Assembly (NCBI GenBank): GCA_963667925.1
Contig: OY764080.1
Span: forward strand, 2,961,310 to 3,025,309
Reading direction: 5' to 3'
Source: Chloroflexota bacterium
Lineage (GTDB): Bacteria > Chloroflexota > UBA11872
Length of the DNA stretch: 64,000 nt
The notes under the pieces were generated by a model that made no database searches, had not been told where the DNA came from, and worked only from the letters and a program-made list of their open reading frames with translations. Positions 27,925 to 37,901 of the stretch are shown piece by piece. A program made the position numbers and the translations under genes. Each line of letters opens with the position of its first letter. Within the stretch, counting starts at the first letter, position 1.

Positions 27925-28953
27925 ATGAAGGCCGTGGTATATGACGAGGTTGGCGGTCCGGAGGTCTTGCACCTGGCGGACGTGCCGACGCCTGAGCCGG
28001 CCGAGGACGAAGTGCTGGTGCGGGTGCTGGCGGTGGCGGTGGACTTCATCCAGCTGCACATCCGGCATGGCGGATCGGGGCGGATCGGATCGCCAAAGGA
28101 GCCGGGGTATGGTCTGGCGCCGCTGCCGCGGATTCCGGGTGGAACGGCGTGCGTGGAAGTTGTGGAGTGCGGCGCGGGCGTAACGGACGTCGAGGTCGGT
28201 GAACGGCATCTGACGGGCGGGCTGCGGCCCGGGTCCTACGTGGAATACGGAGTGGTTTCAGCCAGCAGTCTTTCGTTGGGAAGTCCGGACGCGCCGGGTC
28301 CCACGGCGATCCCGGCGAACTTCAGCCCCGTGGAGGCCGCGGCGTTCGACTACGCGCCGGTGGCGTACCACACGCTGCGGGTGGCGGCGGGACTGTCGGC
28401 CGGCGAGACGGTGTTGATTCACTCGGCCGCGGGCGGGACCGGAGTGCTGGCGGTGCAGCTGGCCAAGCACTTTGGAGCGACGGTGATCGGCGTGGCTAGC
28501 AGCGACAAGAAGCTGGAGCTCGTGCAGTCGCTTGGGGCGGATCATGTAATCAACTCGCGGTCCGCCGATGTCATCGAGGAAACGCTGCGCCTGACAGACG
28601 GCGAAGGCGTGAACGTGGTCTGGGATCCGGTGGGCGGCGACGTGTTTGAGCAGAGTCCGCGGGCGATGGCCGAGGGTGGGCGGCTGGTGAGCCTGGGGTC
28701 CAACTCGTTTACGGGGTCGGGGGTGGTGGAGTTCTGGTCGTTCTGGGTGAAGAACCTGCGGCTGATTGGCTGGGGTGGGCAGAGCAATGCGGATGCGCAT
28801 GCGCCGGAGATCATGCGTGAGTTGATTGAATTGGCTGAGGCAGGCCGGTTGCGGCCGGTAGTGGGCGGGACGTTTCCGTTCGCGGAAGCGGCTGAAGCCC
28901 ATGCGGCGATCGAGGCGCGGAAGCCGATTGGGAAGGTTGTGTTAGTCCCCTAA
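27925..28953 (+). CDS. qor: NADPH:quinone oxidoreductase / Zn-independent MDR-family alcohol dehydrogenase
   Basis: MKAVVYDEVGGPEVL, GxGxxG-like AAGGTG, C-terminal PIGKVVLVP. Confidence 0.85.
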   Translation: MKAVVYDEVGGPEVLHLADVPTPEPAEDEVLVRVLAVAVDFIQLHIRHGGSGRIGSPKEPGYGLAPLPRIPGGTACVEVVECGAGVTDVEVGERHLTGGLRPGSYVEYGVVSASSLSLGSPDAPGPTAIPANFSPVEAAAFDYAPVAYHTLRVAAGLSAGETVLIHSAAGGTGVLAVQLAKHFGATVIGVASSDKKLELVQSLGADHVINSRSADVIEETLRLTDGEGVNVVWDPVGGDVFEQSPRAMAEGGRLVSLGSNSFTGSGVVEFWSFWVKNLRLIGWGGQSNADAHAPEIMRELIELAEAGRLRPVVGGTFPFAEAAEAHAAIEARKPIGKVVLVP

Positions 28954-29010
28954 GTAACGCTTGCCTGTGGCAAGTCCCATCGGGCCCGGCGACGGCCAGG
29001 CATCGGGACG

Positions 29011-31161
29011 CTATCTGGACAGGATTCCGCCGACCGAGCCAACCAGCTCGTTGCCACTTAGATCCACGCTCGCCAGATTGGAGAGGTCATTCAACTCGGT
29101 CGGGACCTCCCCGCTCAACTGGTTGTAGGAGAGATCCAAATCCTTCAGGAGGACGAGTTGGCCTAACTCCGGCGGGATCCCGCCGGTCAGTCGGCTGTCG
29201 CCCAGGTCGAGTATCTCCAGGTTGGCAAGCATTCCCAGTTGGGGAGGGATTTCGCCGCTCAATTCGTTGTCGGACAGATCCAACTCTTTCAAGGACGCAA
29301 GTTGTCCTAACTCCGATGGGATCGAGCCCGTCAAGCGATTGACGCCGAATTCGAGTATCTCCAGGTTGGCGAGCATTCGCAGATCGGGAGGGATCTCGCC
29401 GCTCAGATTGTTGAGTGAGAGATCCAGCTCCTTCAGATGCGTGAGTCTGCCCAGCCAAGCTGGGATGCTGCCGCTCAACTCATTGCCCCAAAGGCCGAGC
29501 GTTTCCAGCCTGATGAGTCGTCCCAACTCAGGGAGAATCTCGCCGGTCAACTCGTTGCCACCGAGTTCAAGGTTCGTCAACTCAACAAGCACACCCAGCT
29601 CGGGTGGGATTTGACCTGTCAGTTGGTTATATGTGAGCGACAACCGCTCTAGCTGCACCAACTCGCCCAACCATGGTGGAACTTCGCCCGTTAAGTGGTT
29701 AACACTGAGATCGAAATCGGTCAGCTTGGTGAGCGCTCGTAGTTCCGGCGGGATTTGGCCTGTCAGGTTGTTTTGGTACAAATACAGCGTGTCCAGGTTG
29801 GAAAGCGCACCCAACTCAGGCGGGATCTCTCCCGACACGCGATTGCTCCCAAGGCTCAGCCACTCCAGGCTGGTCAGGGCACCCAATTCAGCTGGAATAG
29901 ATCCTGTGACCTGGTTGATTTCGAGGCTCAGGACCTTCAGGTTGGTCAGGGCGCCTAGGTTCGGCGGAATGCCACCCCTCAGCTGATTGTCCGACAGCGC
30001 GAGCCATTCAAGTCCGGTGAGCTCGCCGATTGATGTCGGGATGCCGCCAGTCAACTGATTGCCACTGAGATCCAGCACTTCCAGGTTCTGGAGCTCTCGC
30101 ATTTCCGGCGGAATGGCGCCCTTCAATTGGTTTTCTTCGAGCTCAAGGAAGCGAAGATTGGCGAGTTCGTTCAGCTGTCCGGGAATCTGGCCGGTCAGCT
30201 GGTTGTGGCCGAGGTCGAGCAAGAGGAGGCCGGCAAGCCCACTCAGTTCCGGTGGAATCTCGCCCGTCAACTGGTTTTTACCCAGGTCCAGGTACTGCAG
30301 ATCGGCGAGTCTGCTCAGCTGTTTGGGGACCTCGCCGGTGAGCTGGTTGTCACCGAGGTCCAGCAATCTAAGATCAGCTAGCTCACTCAGTTCCAGTGGA
30401 ATCCCACCTGTCAGTCGGTTACCGCTGAGATTTAGCCCCAGCATTCGGGTGAGCGATCCAACCTCCGGAGGGATCGTCCCTCGCAGTTGATTTTCGGCGA
30501 GATCCAGCTCCTTCAGGCTGGCAAGGTCGCCCAACCGCGGCGGAATGTGACCCGTCAGGTTGTTGCCCCTCAAGTACAGCGATTCCAGATTCTTGAGTGC
30601 GCCCAATTCCGCTGGGAGGCTGCCGGTGATCTGGCTCTGTCGGAGGTCCAAGTATTCCAACCCGGTCAGTTGGCTCACCTCCGGCAGGATTGGCGCCATC
30701 AGGGGAAGCGATCCAAGGTTCAGACTGACTACGCGTTTGGTCGCGGGTGGACCAGCAGCGAGCTCAACACCCCACCAGCCAGCAACAGCCCGAGTCGTGT
30801 CCCAGTTCAGCGGGATGGCGCCGGCCAACTTGGCACGGATAGCCAGCAGCACGGCGCAGTCGTGGACCAGACCGGGGTTCTCTTGCGGATCGGGCACGGC
30901 TACGCCGTTGGCGCACTGAAGCTCAAGCGAAGTTGTCGGAATATTAGAAGAAGCGTCCGCCGAGGTCGTGACTTCCGGCACCTTCGTCGCGGGCGGCCGA
31001 ACGGCAGGTTGCTCGACTGTCGGGGTGGACGACGCGCGCACTGGAGATTCAGCAGGCGGCTGGCCATCGCAGGCGGCCAGGCAAGCGAAGGCCACGATAG
31101 CAGCCAAGCTGATTCGCACTCGCAAAGTTCGCTTGGACTCGTAGTACCGGGATCCGAACAT
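29011..31161 (-). CDS. LRR lipoprotein paralogue 1 (plant-type LRRNT cap plus about 24 PS-LRRs)
   Basis: LAAC lipobox; Pro/Thr-rich linker; cap domain CANGVAVPDPQENPGLVHDCAVLLAIRAKLAG...LNWDT...W.GV; then 24-residue LxxLxxLxLxxNxLTGxIPxELGx repeats. Confidence 0.8.
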   Translation of the reverse strand: MFGSRYYESKRTLRVRISLAAIVAFACLAACDGQPPAESPVRASSTPTVEQPAVRPPATKVPEVTTSADASSNIPTTSLELQCANGVAVPDPQENPGLVHDCAVLLAIRAKLAGAIPLNWDTTRAVAGWWGVELAAGPPATKRVVSLNLGSLPLMAPILPEVSQLTGLEYLDLRQSQITGSLPAELGALKNLESLYLRGNNLTGHIPPRLGDLASLKELDLAENQLRGTIPPEVGSLTRMLGLNLSGNRLTGGIPLELSELADLRLLDLGDNQLTGEVPKQLSRLADLQYLDLGKNQLTGEIPPELSGLAGLLLLDLGHNQLTGQIPGQLNELANLRFLELEENQLKGAIPPEMRELQNLEVLDLSGNQLTGGIPTSIGELTGLEWLALSDNQLRGGIPPNLGALTNLKVLSLEINQVTGSIPAELGALTSLEWLSLGSNRVSGEIPPELGALSNLDTLYLYQNNLTGQIPPELRALTKLTDFDLSVNHLTGEVPPWLGELVQLERLSLTYNQLTGQIPPELGVLVELTNLELGGNELTGEILPELGRLIRLETLGLWGNELSGSIPAWLGRLTHLKELDLSLNNLSGEIPPDLRMLANLEILEFGVNRLTGSIPSELGQLASLKELDLSDNELSGEIPPQLGMLANLEILDLGDSRLTGGIPPELGQLVLLKDLDLSYNQLSGEVPTELNDLSNLASVDLSGNELVGSVGGILSR

Positions 31162-31189
31162 ACCTCAACAGAAGCAATCATCCGGTTTA

Positions 31190-31489
31190 CGCCACCGCGC
31201 GATGGCCGAGGGTGGGCGGCTGGTGAGTCTTGGGTCGAACTCGTTTATGAGAAAGGGCGTGGTGGAGTCCTGGTCGTTTGGGGTGAAGAACATGCGGCTG
31301 ATCGGCTGGGGCGGGCAGAGCAATGCGGAGGCGCATGCGCCGGAGATCATGCGGGAGTTGACTGAGTTGGCCGAGTCGGGGCGGTTGCGGCCGGTGGTGG
31401 GTGGGACGTATGCGTTCGCGGAAGCGGCGGCGGCGCATGCGGCGATCGAGGCGCGGAGGCCGATAGGGAAGGTTGTGCTGGTTCCGTAG
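31190..31489 (+). pseudogene. duplicated 3' fragment of qor (last ~95 codons)
   Basis: MAEGGRLVSLGSNSF...PIGKVVLVP nearly identical to qor residues about 247-342; no 5' part. Confidence 0.65.
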
Positions 31490-31555
31490 CAACGGCGTAC
31501 CGAAGAGTCTCACCTGGGGTCAACCCGACTCAGCTCACAGGGAGAACTTTGGCTG

Positions 31556-32911
31556 CTACCTCGCGGTGCAGGGCCGGTGGGATGTCGACGGGACAGGTCC
31601 GATCAACCGATTGCCCGCGAGGTTCGCCGTTCTCAGGTTGGGGAGTGCGTCCAGTTCAGGCGGGACAGATCCCGTCAATTGATTGCACGACAGATCAAGC
31701 TCTCTGAGCTTCCTCAGCAGCCCTAATTCAGCCGGGATTTCGCCAGTCAGTCGGTTGCCTCGCAGGTCCAACTGTTCCAAATTGACTAGTCCAGCCAGTT
31801 CGGGCGGGATGGAGCCGGTCAGTGCGTTTTCGCTCAGGTTTAAGCGGTCAAGCCGAGTCAGCCAGCGCAGGCTCAAGGGAATCGTGCCGGTCAACTGGTT
31901 GTCATCCAAATACAGATCTTTCAGTTGCGTGAGCTCGCCCAGCCACTCAGGCACCTCACCGGTCAACTGGTTACCGCCGAGGTGCAACGCTTCCAGTTGG
32001 TTCGACTCGCTCAGTGTCGGCGGAATGCCCCCCGTCAGTTGATTCCCCCCCAGAAACAGCCATTCCAGCTCTGTGAGTTCGCCCAACCATTTGGGGATAT
32101 CGCCAGTCAATCCGCTGCGAGTAAAGTCCAGCCATCGCAGGTTGGTCAGCGCGCTGAGTTCTGGCGGGATCCCGCCGGACCACTGATTCTCCGCGAGGTC
32201 TAACTCCGTGAGGTTGGTGAGCATGCCCAACTCGGACGGAATAGGACCGGACAACTGGTTGCCGCGGAGATACAGCCCTCTCAGGTTCGTGAGCGCGCCC
32301 AACTCCACCGGTACGGCACCTGTCAGCCGGCTGAATCGCAGATCCAGAAATATCAACTCCGTCAGTTCGCCCACTTGCGGCGGGATCGGCGCCCCCAAGT
32401 CGAGCCACGAAAGGTCTAGCCCTATGACGCGCTTGGCCGGATTTGGATCTTCGTCCAGATAGACACCCGACCAATCGGATATGTCGCGGTCAGCGCTCCA
32501 CATCAATGGAGCTGTGCCGGCCAACGTATCGCGTACGGCTAGAAGCACAGCACAGTCCTCCAGGAGCCCGGGATTTTTCTGCGGGTCCGGCACGGCGACA
32601 CCGTTGGCGCAACGCTGTTGAGAGGATCCAGGCGATGGCGTGGGCTTGGCTTGCGGTGTAGGCGTGGCCTCCGGCGTGGGCGTCGCCACCTGAGGAACTG
32701 CGGCCGTTGGCCGGGGTGAGGTCTCGCGAGTCACCGCGGGTGCGGGCTGGGCGGGGGCTTGCGAGGTCGTCGTGGCCGCAGGCGCGAAGGAGGATTGCTC
32801 GACTGCCGCAGTCGGAGAGGTCTGTTCCCGCGCGGATGTAACTATCTCGCTGTCACAGGCGGCCAGTGCAGCGAAGATTGCAGCCGCGAACAGGGCAACG
32901 ATAACCCGCAA
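31556..32911 (-). CDS. LRR lipoprotein paralogue 2
   Basis: MRVIVALFAAAIFAALAAC lipoprotein signal; same cap domain (CANGVAVPDPQKNPGLLEDCAVLLAVRDTLAG) and PS-LRRs. Confidence 0.8.
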   Translation of the reverse strand: MRVIVALFAAAIFAALAACDSEIVTSAREQTSPTAAVEQSSFAPAATTTSQAPAQPAPAVTRETSPRPTAAVPQVATPTPEATPTPQAKPTPSPGSSQQRCANGVAVPDPQKNPGLLEDCAVLLAVRDTLAGTAPLMWSADRDISDWSGVYLDEDPNPAKRVIGLDLSWLDLGAPIPPQVGELTELIFLDLRFSRLTGAVPVELGALTNLRGLYLRGNQLSGPIPSELGMLTNLTELDLAENQWSGGIPPELSALTNLRWLDFTRSGLTGDIPKWLGELTELEWLFLGGNQLTGGIPPTLSESNQLEALHLGGNQLTGEVPEWLGELTQLKDLYLDDNQLTGTIPLSLRWLTRLDRLNLSENALTGSIPPELAGLVNLEQLDLRGNRLTGEIPAELGLLRKLRELDLSCNQLTGSVPPELDALPNLRTANLAGNRLIGPVPSTSHRPCTAR

Positions 32912-33114
32912 AGTCGCTCGGCGCTTTAGTGTTTCGGGCGAACTATACGCGAGCCAGAGTTGCCGACCGCGCGAACCATCGCACCGTGCGCGAGTTCGCC
33001 GCGCCTTACGTTACGCAAGGTTTCGTGCGATCAGCGCCAGGTCCAAGAATCCTCACGCCACTGTCGACACCAGCCCCAAGTCGCGATGCCTCATCTGACG
33101 ACGGGGCTTCAGGG

Positions 33115-34419
33115 CTAGCGGTGCGGGATATCGCCCGTGAGCCGGTTGCCGGAAAGGTTGAGCACTTCAAGCTTGGCGAGCCGGTCCACTTCCAGCGGGA
33201 CCGTTCCCGTGAGTCGGTTATTGGCCAGATCCATCACCCGCAACTCGGAGAACGAGTCCAGCCACGAGGGAATCGAGCCGGTCAGTTGATTGGACGCCAG
33301 GACTAGAGACTTCAGGTTGCCGAGCGCGCCCAACTCGGCAGGGATATCCCCGGACAGTGCGTTCACCGAGAGGTTCAGTCTCTGGAGCCTGATCAACGCA
33401 CTGAGTTCCGGCGGGATCGTCCCCACCAGAGCATTACTTCCCAGGTTCAACTCTTCCAGCCTGGTCAACGCGGCCAATTCCGGCGGGATTTGCCCGGACA
33501 GTTGGTTACCCCAGAGATACAAGCCCTCCAACTTGACCAAGGCGCTCAGCTCCCGAGGTATCTCGCCGGTCAAGTTGTTGCAGCAGAAGTCCAGGAGCTT
33601 GAGGTTTGCCAAACCGCCTAGCTGGGCGGGGACCGATCCCGAGAGCCGATTGCCTTCAAGGCTGAGTCTGGAAAGGCTACGCAAGTCACCTAGTCTCGGG
33701 GGAATCGCGCCCGTGAGTTGGTTGTCCCAGAGATATAACTCCTCCAACACGGCCAACTCACCCAATTCCGAGGGGATCGATCCGGTCAGCGCGTTGCAAC
33801 AAAGAGCCAACAGCTTGAGGTTCGCCAGCTCGCCCAAGGCGGACGGAATCGGTCCCGTCAGCCGATTGTGTCCGAGCGATAGTTTCTTCAGATTGGCAAG
33901 CGCGCCGAGCTCTGGCGGAATCGACCCGGTCAGGTTGTTATTCCACAAGTCAAGCACGCGCAACTCGGTCAGAGAGGCCAATTCTGGTGGGATCATCCCG
34001 GTCAGGCTGTACGACGTCAGATCCAGCTCGACAACGCGCCACGGCCAGCCGCCCACAACCACGCCGTACCAATCGTCGATGAAGCGGCCAGTGTTCCAGT
34101 TCAAGTGAGTCTTGCCGGCCAGTGCGTCGCGGACAGCCAGCAGTACGGCGCAATCCTCTACCAGCCCCGGAGTAGCTTGGGGATCGGGCACAGCTACGCC
34201 GTTTGAGCACTGGCGGACAAGGGATGCGTGAGAAGCTGGAGGGTCGCTATTCGACGTGGGCGTCCCTGTCGGCGCCTCCATCGACGGTGGCTGAACGCTC
34301 GGCTGCTCAGACGTCCCGGAGGTAGCCGCATGCGTCGGAGCCTTGGCCGGTTGCCGACCATCGCACGCCGCGAGCACGGCGAAGGCCGCGGCTATAACTA
34401 AGCCAACAAGAACCCGCAT
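33115..34419 (-). CDS. LRR lipoprotein paralogue 3
   Basis: Likely ATG at 34417-34419 (MRVLVGLVIAAAFAVLAAC). The ORF-track extension to 34614 runs antisense into a qor fragment. Confidence 0.75.
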   Translation of the reverse strand: MRVLVGLVIAAAFAVLAACDGRQPAKAPTHAATSGTSEQPSVQPPSMEAPTGTPTSNSDPPASHASLVRQCSNGVAVPDPQATPGLVEDCAVLLAVRDALAGKTHLNWNTGRFIDDWYGVVVGGWPWRVVELDLTSYSLTGMIPPELASLTELRVLDLWNNNLTGSIPPELGALANLKKLSLGHNRLTGPIPSALGELANLKLLALCCNALTGSIPSELGELAVLEELYLWDNQLTGAIPPRLGDLRSLSRLSLEGNRLSGSVPAQLGGLANLKLLDFCCNNLTGEIPRELSALVKLEGLYLWGNQLSGQIPPELAALTRLEELNLGSNALVGTIPPELSALIRLQRLNLSVNALSGDIPAELGALGNLKSLVLASNQLTGSIPSWLDSFSELRVMDLANNRLTGTVPLEVDRLAKLEVLNLSGNRLTGDIPHR

Positions 34420-34496
34420 GATCTGCCAGGCGCCCCGGAACCAGATTCCGACTATACGCCAGTAGCAGCGGCTGGCCGGGCACGCCGCAACGTCTA

Positions 34497-34786
34497 GCTG
34501 ATGCTGGCGGTTGGTGAGCCTGGGGTCGAACTCGTTTACGGGGTCGGGGGTGGTGGAGTTCTGGGCGTTTTGGGTGAAGAACCTGCGGTTGATTGGATGG
34601 GGCGGGCAGAGCAACGCCGACGCTCATGGGCCCGAGATAATGCGGGAGCTTATTGAACTGGCCGAGTCGGGGCGGTTGCGGCCGGTGGTGGGTGGGACGT
34701 ATCCGTTGGCGGAAGCGGCGGCGGCGCATGCGGCGATCGAGGCGCGGAAGCCGATTGGGAAGGTTGTGCTGGTTCCCGGAGGTTAG
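34497..34786 (+). pseudogene. second duplicated 3' fragment of qor
   Basis: (M)VSLGSNSFTGSGVVEFWAFWVKNLRLIGWGGQSNADAHGPEIMRELIELAESGRLRPVVGGTYPLAEAAAAHAAIEARKPIGKVVLVP. Confidence 0.65.
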
Positions 34787-34861
34787 CCGGCCATTGCGCC
34801 CAACCCTGATTCAGAACGGCAGACGGGCAACCAGGGATCGGGAGGCGCAGCGGCGCTCGAA

Positions 34862-35887
34862 TCAGCGTGTGAGTCGGTTGCCTCCCAGGCTCAACTCCCG
34901 CAGGTTATCCAGGTTTCGAAATCCGTCCGGTATGTCTCCAGTCAGGTCGTTGTTGCTGAGGTCCAGAACTTCCAAGTGAACCAGCGCTCCCAGCTCCGGT
35001 GGAATAGTCCCGGAAAGCTGGTTGTCGTTGAGAAACAAGACCCTCAGTTCGGTCAGGGACCCTAGTTCGGACGGAATCGGGCCGGTCAGCTGGTTGTCAT
35101 CAAGGCCCAACTCCCACAGATAGGTGAGGGATCCCAATTCGGGGGGAATCGAGCCGGTGAGCTTGTTGTATGACAGACCAAGCGACGTCAGGTTGGTGAG
35201 TCTGCCCAGTTCGGGCGGAATGCTTCCGGTCAGCTGATTGCCCCAGAGCTGAAGCAGCCGGAGCCTGGAAAGGTAGCCCAGTTCGGGCGGAATCTCGCCG
35301 GTCAGTTTGTTGTCAATCAGCGACAGGGTCTCCAGCGCGGAGAGCTCGCTCAGCCCCGCCGGAACGACTCCCGACAGCTGTGCCTGACCAAGGTTGAGAT
35401 CGGTCACTCGCCCGGCCCTAGGGCCTTTGACACTGATGCCCCACCAAAGCAGGATCCCGCGCTCGGGGCTCCAATTCAGAGGAATCGAGCCAGCCAGTTC
35501 ATCACGCACAGACAACAGGACGGCGCAGTCCTGAACGAGTCCCGGATTCTCCTCCGGATCAGGCACGGCGATGCCGTTGGAGCATTGACGTATCAATTCG
35601 GCTCGCGATGGTGTCGGTTCAGCCTCGGGCGCGGGCGTTGCAGTCTCGGCGGTTGCTGCCGGCGTCGGGGACGGCGACGGGGACGGCGCCGGGGACGACG
35701 CTTCTACCGCGCTGGTGGCTTCTGGCTGAGTCGGAGGTTCCGCCGTTGTAGTAACTGTCGGAGTCTGAACGACTTGCCCGGCTTCGGCAGCGGGAGATAC
35801 GGGCTGATCAGGGGGATCCGAAGGCTCGCCGCAGGAACTCAGCAGAGCAACGGCCACGATTACCAAAAGAGCTGCAACTATTCGCAC
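34862..35887 (-). CDS. LRR lipoprotein paralogue 4 (shortest)
   Basis: By analogy with the paralogues' MR[VI]xV start, a GTG at about 35885-35887 gives (M)RIVAALLVIVAVALLSSC. The ORF-track alternatives at 35956 (ATG) and 36079 (GTG) give implausibly long leaders. Confidence 0.6.
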   Translation of the reverse strand: MRIVAALLVIVAVALLSSCGEPSDPPDQPVSPAAEAGQVVQTPTVTTTAEPPTQPEATSAVEASSPAPSPSPSPTPAATAETATPAPEAEPTPSRAELIRQCSNGIAVPDPEENPGLVQDCAVLLSVRDELAGSIPLNWSPERGILLWWGISVKGPRAGRVTDLNLGQAQLSGVVPAGLSELSALETLSLIDNKLTGEIPPELGYLSRLRLLQLWGNQLTGSIPPELGRLTNLTSLGLSYNKLTGSIPPELGSLTYLWELGLDDNQLTGPIPSELGSLTELRVLFLNDNQLSGTIPPELGALVHLEVLDLSNNDLTGDIPDGFRNLDNLRELSLGGNRLTR

Positions 35888-36242
35888 GGCGGTCCCAAAC
35901 GGCGGGATTGTCACCGGACTATAGGACAACCAGAGTCCTCGTCCGGGCGGACGCATACCCTCCCGCAGCGTGCGAATGGAAGTCTCTATTCGGGCACTCC
36001 GCAGCACAGACTGCGATTTTTCGACTAGCCACGGCGAACAAGCTCCTAGCGACGTAGTCGAACACGGCGGCTGTGGCACCGATTGCGCGCTGAAACTGCC
36101 GGGACGGATCGGTCTGTGCCGGGCTTCGACAGGAAGAAACGGCCGTGAAACGTGCCACTTCTGTTAGCCGCTTGGCTGCATGCGCGTGTGCAGAGTGCGT
36201 CGGTTTCGACCAGTCACAGCCAAGCCGAGTGATCGATCGGAC

Positions 36243-37898
36243 TCAGACGGTGCCGTCGATGATGATGTCTAGGAGGGTGGGGCCGGTGTGGTGGAGGGCT
36301 TGGGTTAGGGCGGGGGCGATGCGGGTGGGGTCTTCGATGCGTTCGGAGGGGACTCCCATAGCTTTGGCGATGGCGGCGAGGTCGAAGGGTTGGTTGAGGT
36401 CCATGCCGAGGTACTGGCTGGGGCGATCGGGTTCGTTGAGAACCTCGCCGAACCAGCGGCGCAGGTTGAGCTTGAGGACGCGGTAGCCAGCGTTGTTGCA
36501 GATGCAGTAGACGACGGGGATTTGGTAGGCGGCGGCGGTCCAGAGGGCCTGGACGGTGAGCATGGCGCTGCCGTCGCCGATGACGCCTACGACGCGCTGG
36601 TCGGGAGCGGCCAACGCGACACCCAGGGCTCCGCCCATGCCCCAGCCGATGGCGCCGCCGGCGCGCTCAGCCTGGACGCGGCGCCGATGGTCGAAGGTGA
36701 CGGCGGCATGCAGGTCCGGGCGGCAGGAGATGCTGTCGTCGACGACGATGACGTCGGCGGGCAGGCCCTCGGCCAGTGCGGCCATCATGGCGGTAGAAGG
36801 CATGGGCCGGGCGCCGTCCGCTTTCGGTGGCGAGGCTCGGCGACCGGGGTAGGCGGCGGCCAGGGATTCGGCTCGGAGGCAAGCCGCTTCGGCCTGGGCG
36901 GGCGTCTGTAACTCGCTCGCGGCGGCGTACAACTCGTCCAAGCCGACCGCGACATCAGACCAGATGCCCACATCGGTAGGCTCAACGCGACCGATTGCGT
37001 CTTGATTTATGTCAAGGTGAATCAGGCGCGCGTCGTCGGCGAGGATGCCGGTGGCGGGGGCGAAGAAGTCGTGGAAGACGCGGGCGCCGACCGCGAGGAG
37101 GACGTCGGATTCGGCAAAGGCTTCCCGGTAGAGCCCGACGTAGGGCGGGAGTTGATGCATCCACTGGGGATGCGAAGTCGGGAACATCATCGTCGGGTAG
37201 GAGGCCCCATAGACGGGCGTGCCCAGGAGTTCGGCCACGCGGATCATTTGGTCGACCGCGCCGTATTGGGCGACGCGATCGCCGACCAGGAGGGCGGGGC
37301 GTTCGGCTGAGGCGAGCAGCTCAGCGGCGGCCTGGATTTCCCGCGGGTCGGGAGTGAGCACGGTGCTGAGGTCGCCGGAGGGGGCGACGCGGACATCCGT
37401 CATTTCGTCGAGGGCGTTCTGGGCGAGGGAGACGAAGGTGGGGCCGGTGGGGGGCGTTTTGGCTTCACGGAAGGCGCGGCGCATGACGGCCGGCAGCTGA
37501 TCGGCGTTGGTGACTTCGGCGCCCCACTTGCTGAAGGGGCGGGCGAGGTCCACCAGGTCAGTGCGACCTTCGGCCACCTTGCCGATGGAGCTGTTGGCGG
37601 CGGTGACGACCATGGGGGTGCCGCCGGCGAAGGCGTTGCACATGAGGCTGAGGCCGTTGGAGAGGCCGGTTTCGATGTGCAGGTTCACGAAGGCCGGGCG
37701 GCCGCTTTCGCGGGCATAGCCGTCGGCCATGCCAACGGCGACACCTTCCTGCGCAACGAGGACAAATTCGAGATCGGGACGATCCTCGAGGGCGTGCATG
37801 ATGGCGCCCTCGGTGGTGCCGGGGTTGCCGAAGATGTACTGGACGCCCTCGGCTTCGAGGACTTCCATCAAGACGTCGCGGCCGGGTCGGGTTGGCAT
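36243..37898 (-). CDS. thiamine-diphosphate-dependent enzyme (acetolactate-synthase / benzoylformate-decarboxylase family)
   Basis: N-terminal TPP_enzyme_N (GVQYIFGNPGTTEG), central domain, C-terminal ThDP-binding GDG-x(24-27)-NN motif (GDGSAMLTVQALWTAAAYQIPVVYCICNN). Confidence 0.85.
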   Translation of the reverse strand: MPTRPGRDVLMEVLEAEGVQYIFGNPGTTEGAIMHALEDRPDLEFVLVAQEGVAVGMADGYARESGRPAFVNLHIETGLSNGLSLMCNAFAGGTPMVVTAANSSIGKVAEGRTDLVDLARPFSKWGAEVTNADQLPAVMRRAFREAKTPPTGPTFVSLAQNALDEMTDVRVAPSGDLSTVLTPDPREIQAAAELLASAERPALLVGDRVAQYGAVDQMIRVAELLGTPVYGASYPTMMFPTSHPQWMHQLPPYVGLYREAFAESDVLLAVGARVFHDFFAPATGILADDARLIHLDINQDAIGRVEPTDVGIWSDVAVGLDELYAAASELQTPAQAEAACLRAESLAAAYPGRRASPPKADGARPMPSTAMMAALAEGLPADVIVVDDSISCRPDLHAAVTFDHRRRVQAERAGGAIGWGMGGALGVALAAPDQRVVGVIGDGSAMLTVQALWTAAAYQIPVVYCICNNAGYRVLKLNLRRWFGEVLNEPDRPSQYLGMDLNQPFDLAAIAKAMGVPSERIEDPTRIAPALTQALHHTGPTLLDIIIDGTV

Positions 37899-37901
37899 GG
37901 C

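Noticed and set aside
29011-36079. Plant-type LRR genes as possible eukaryotic contamination
   Set aside because: They have bacterial lipoprotein signal peptides (LAAC lipobox), no introns and about 67% GC like their surroundings. They are tightly embedded between clearly bacterial genes (qor, TPP enzyme).
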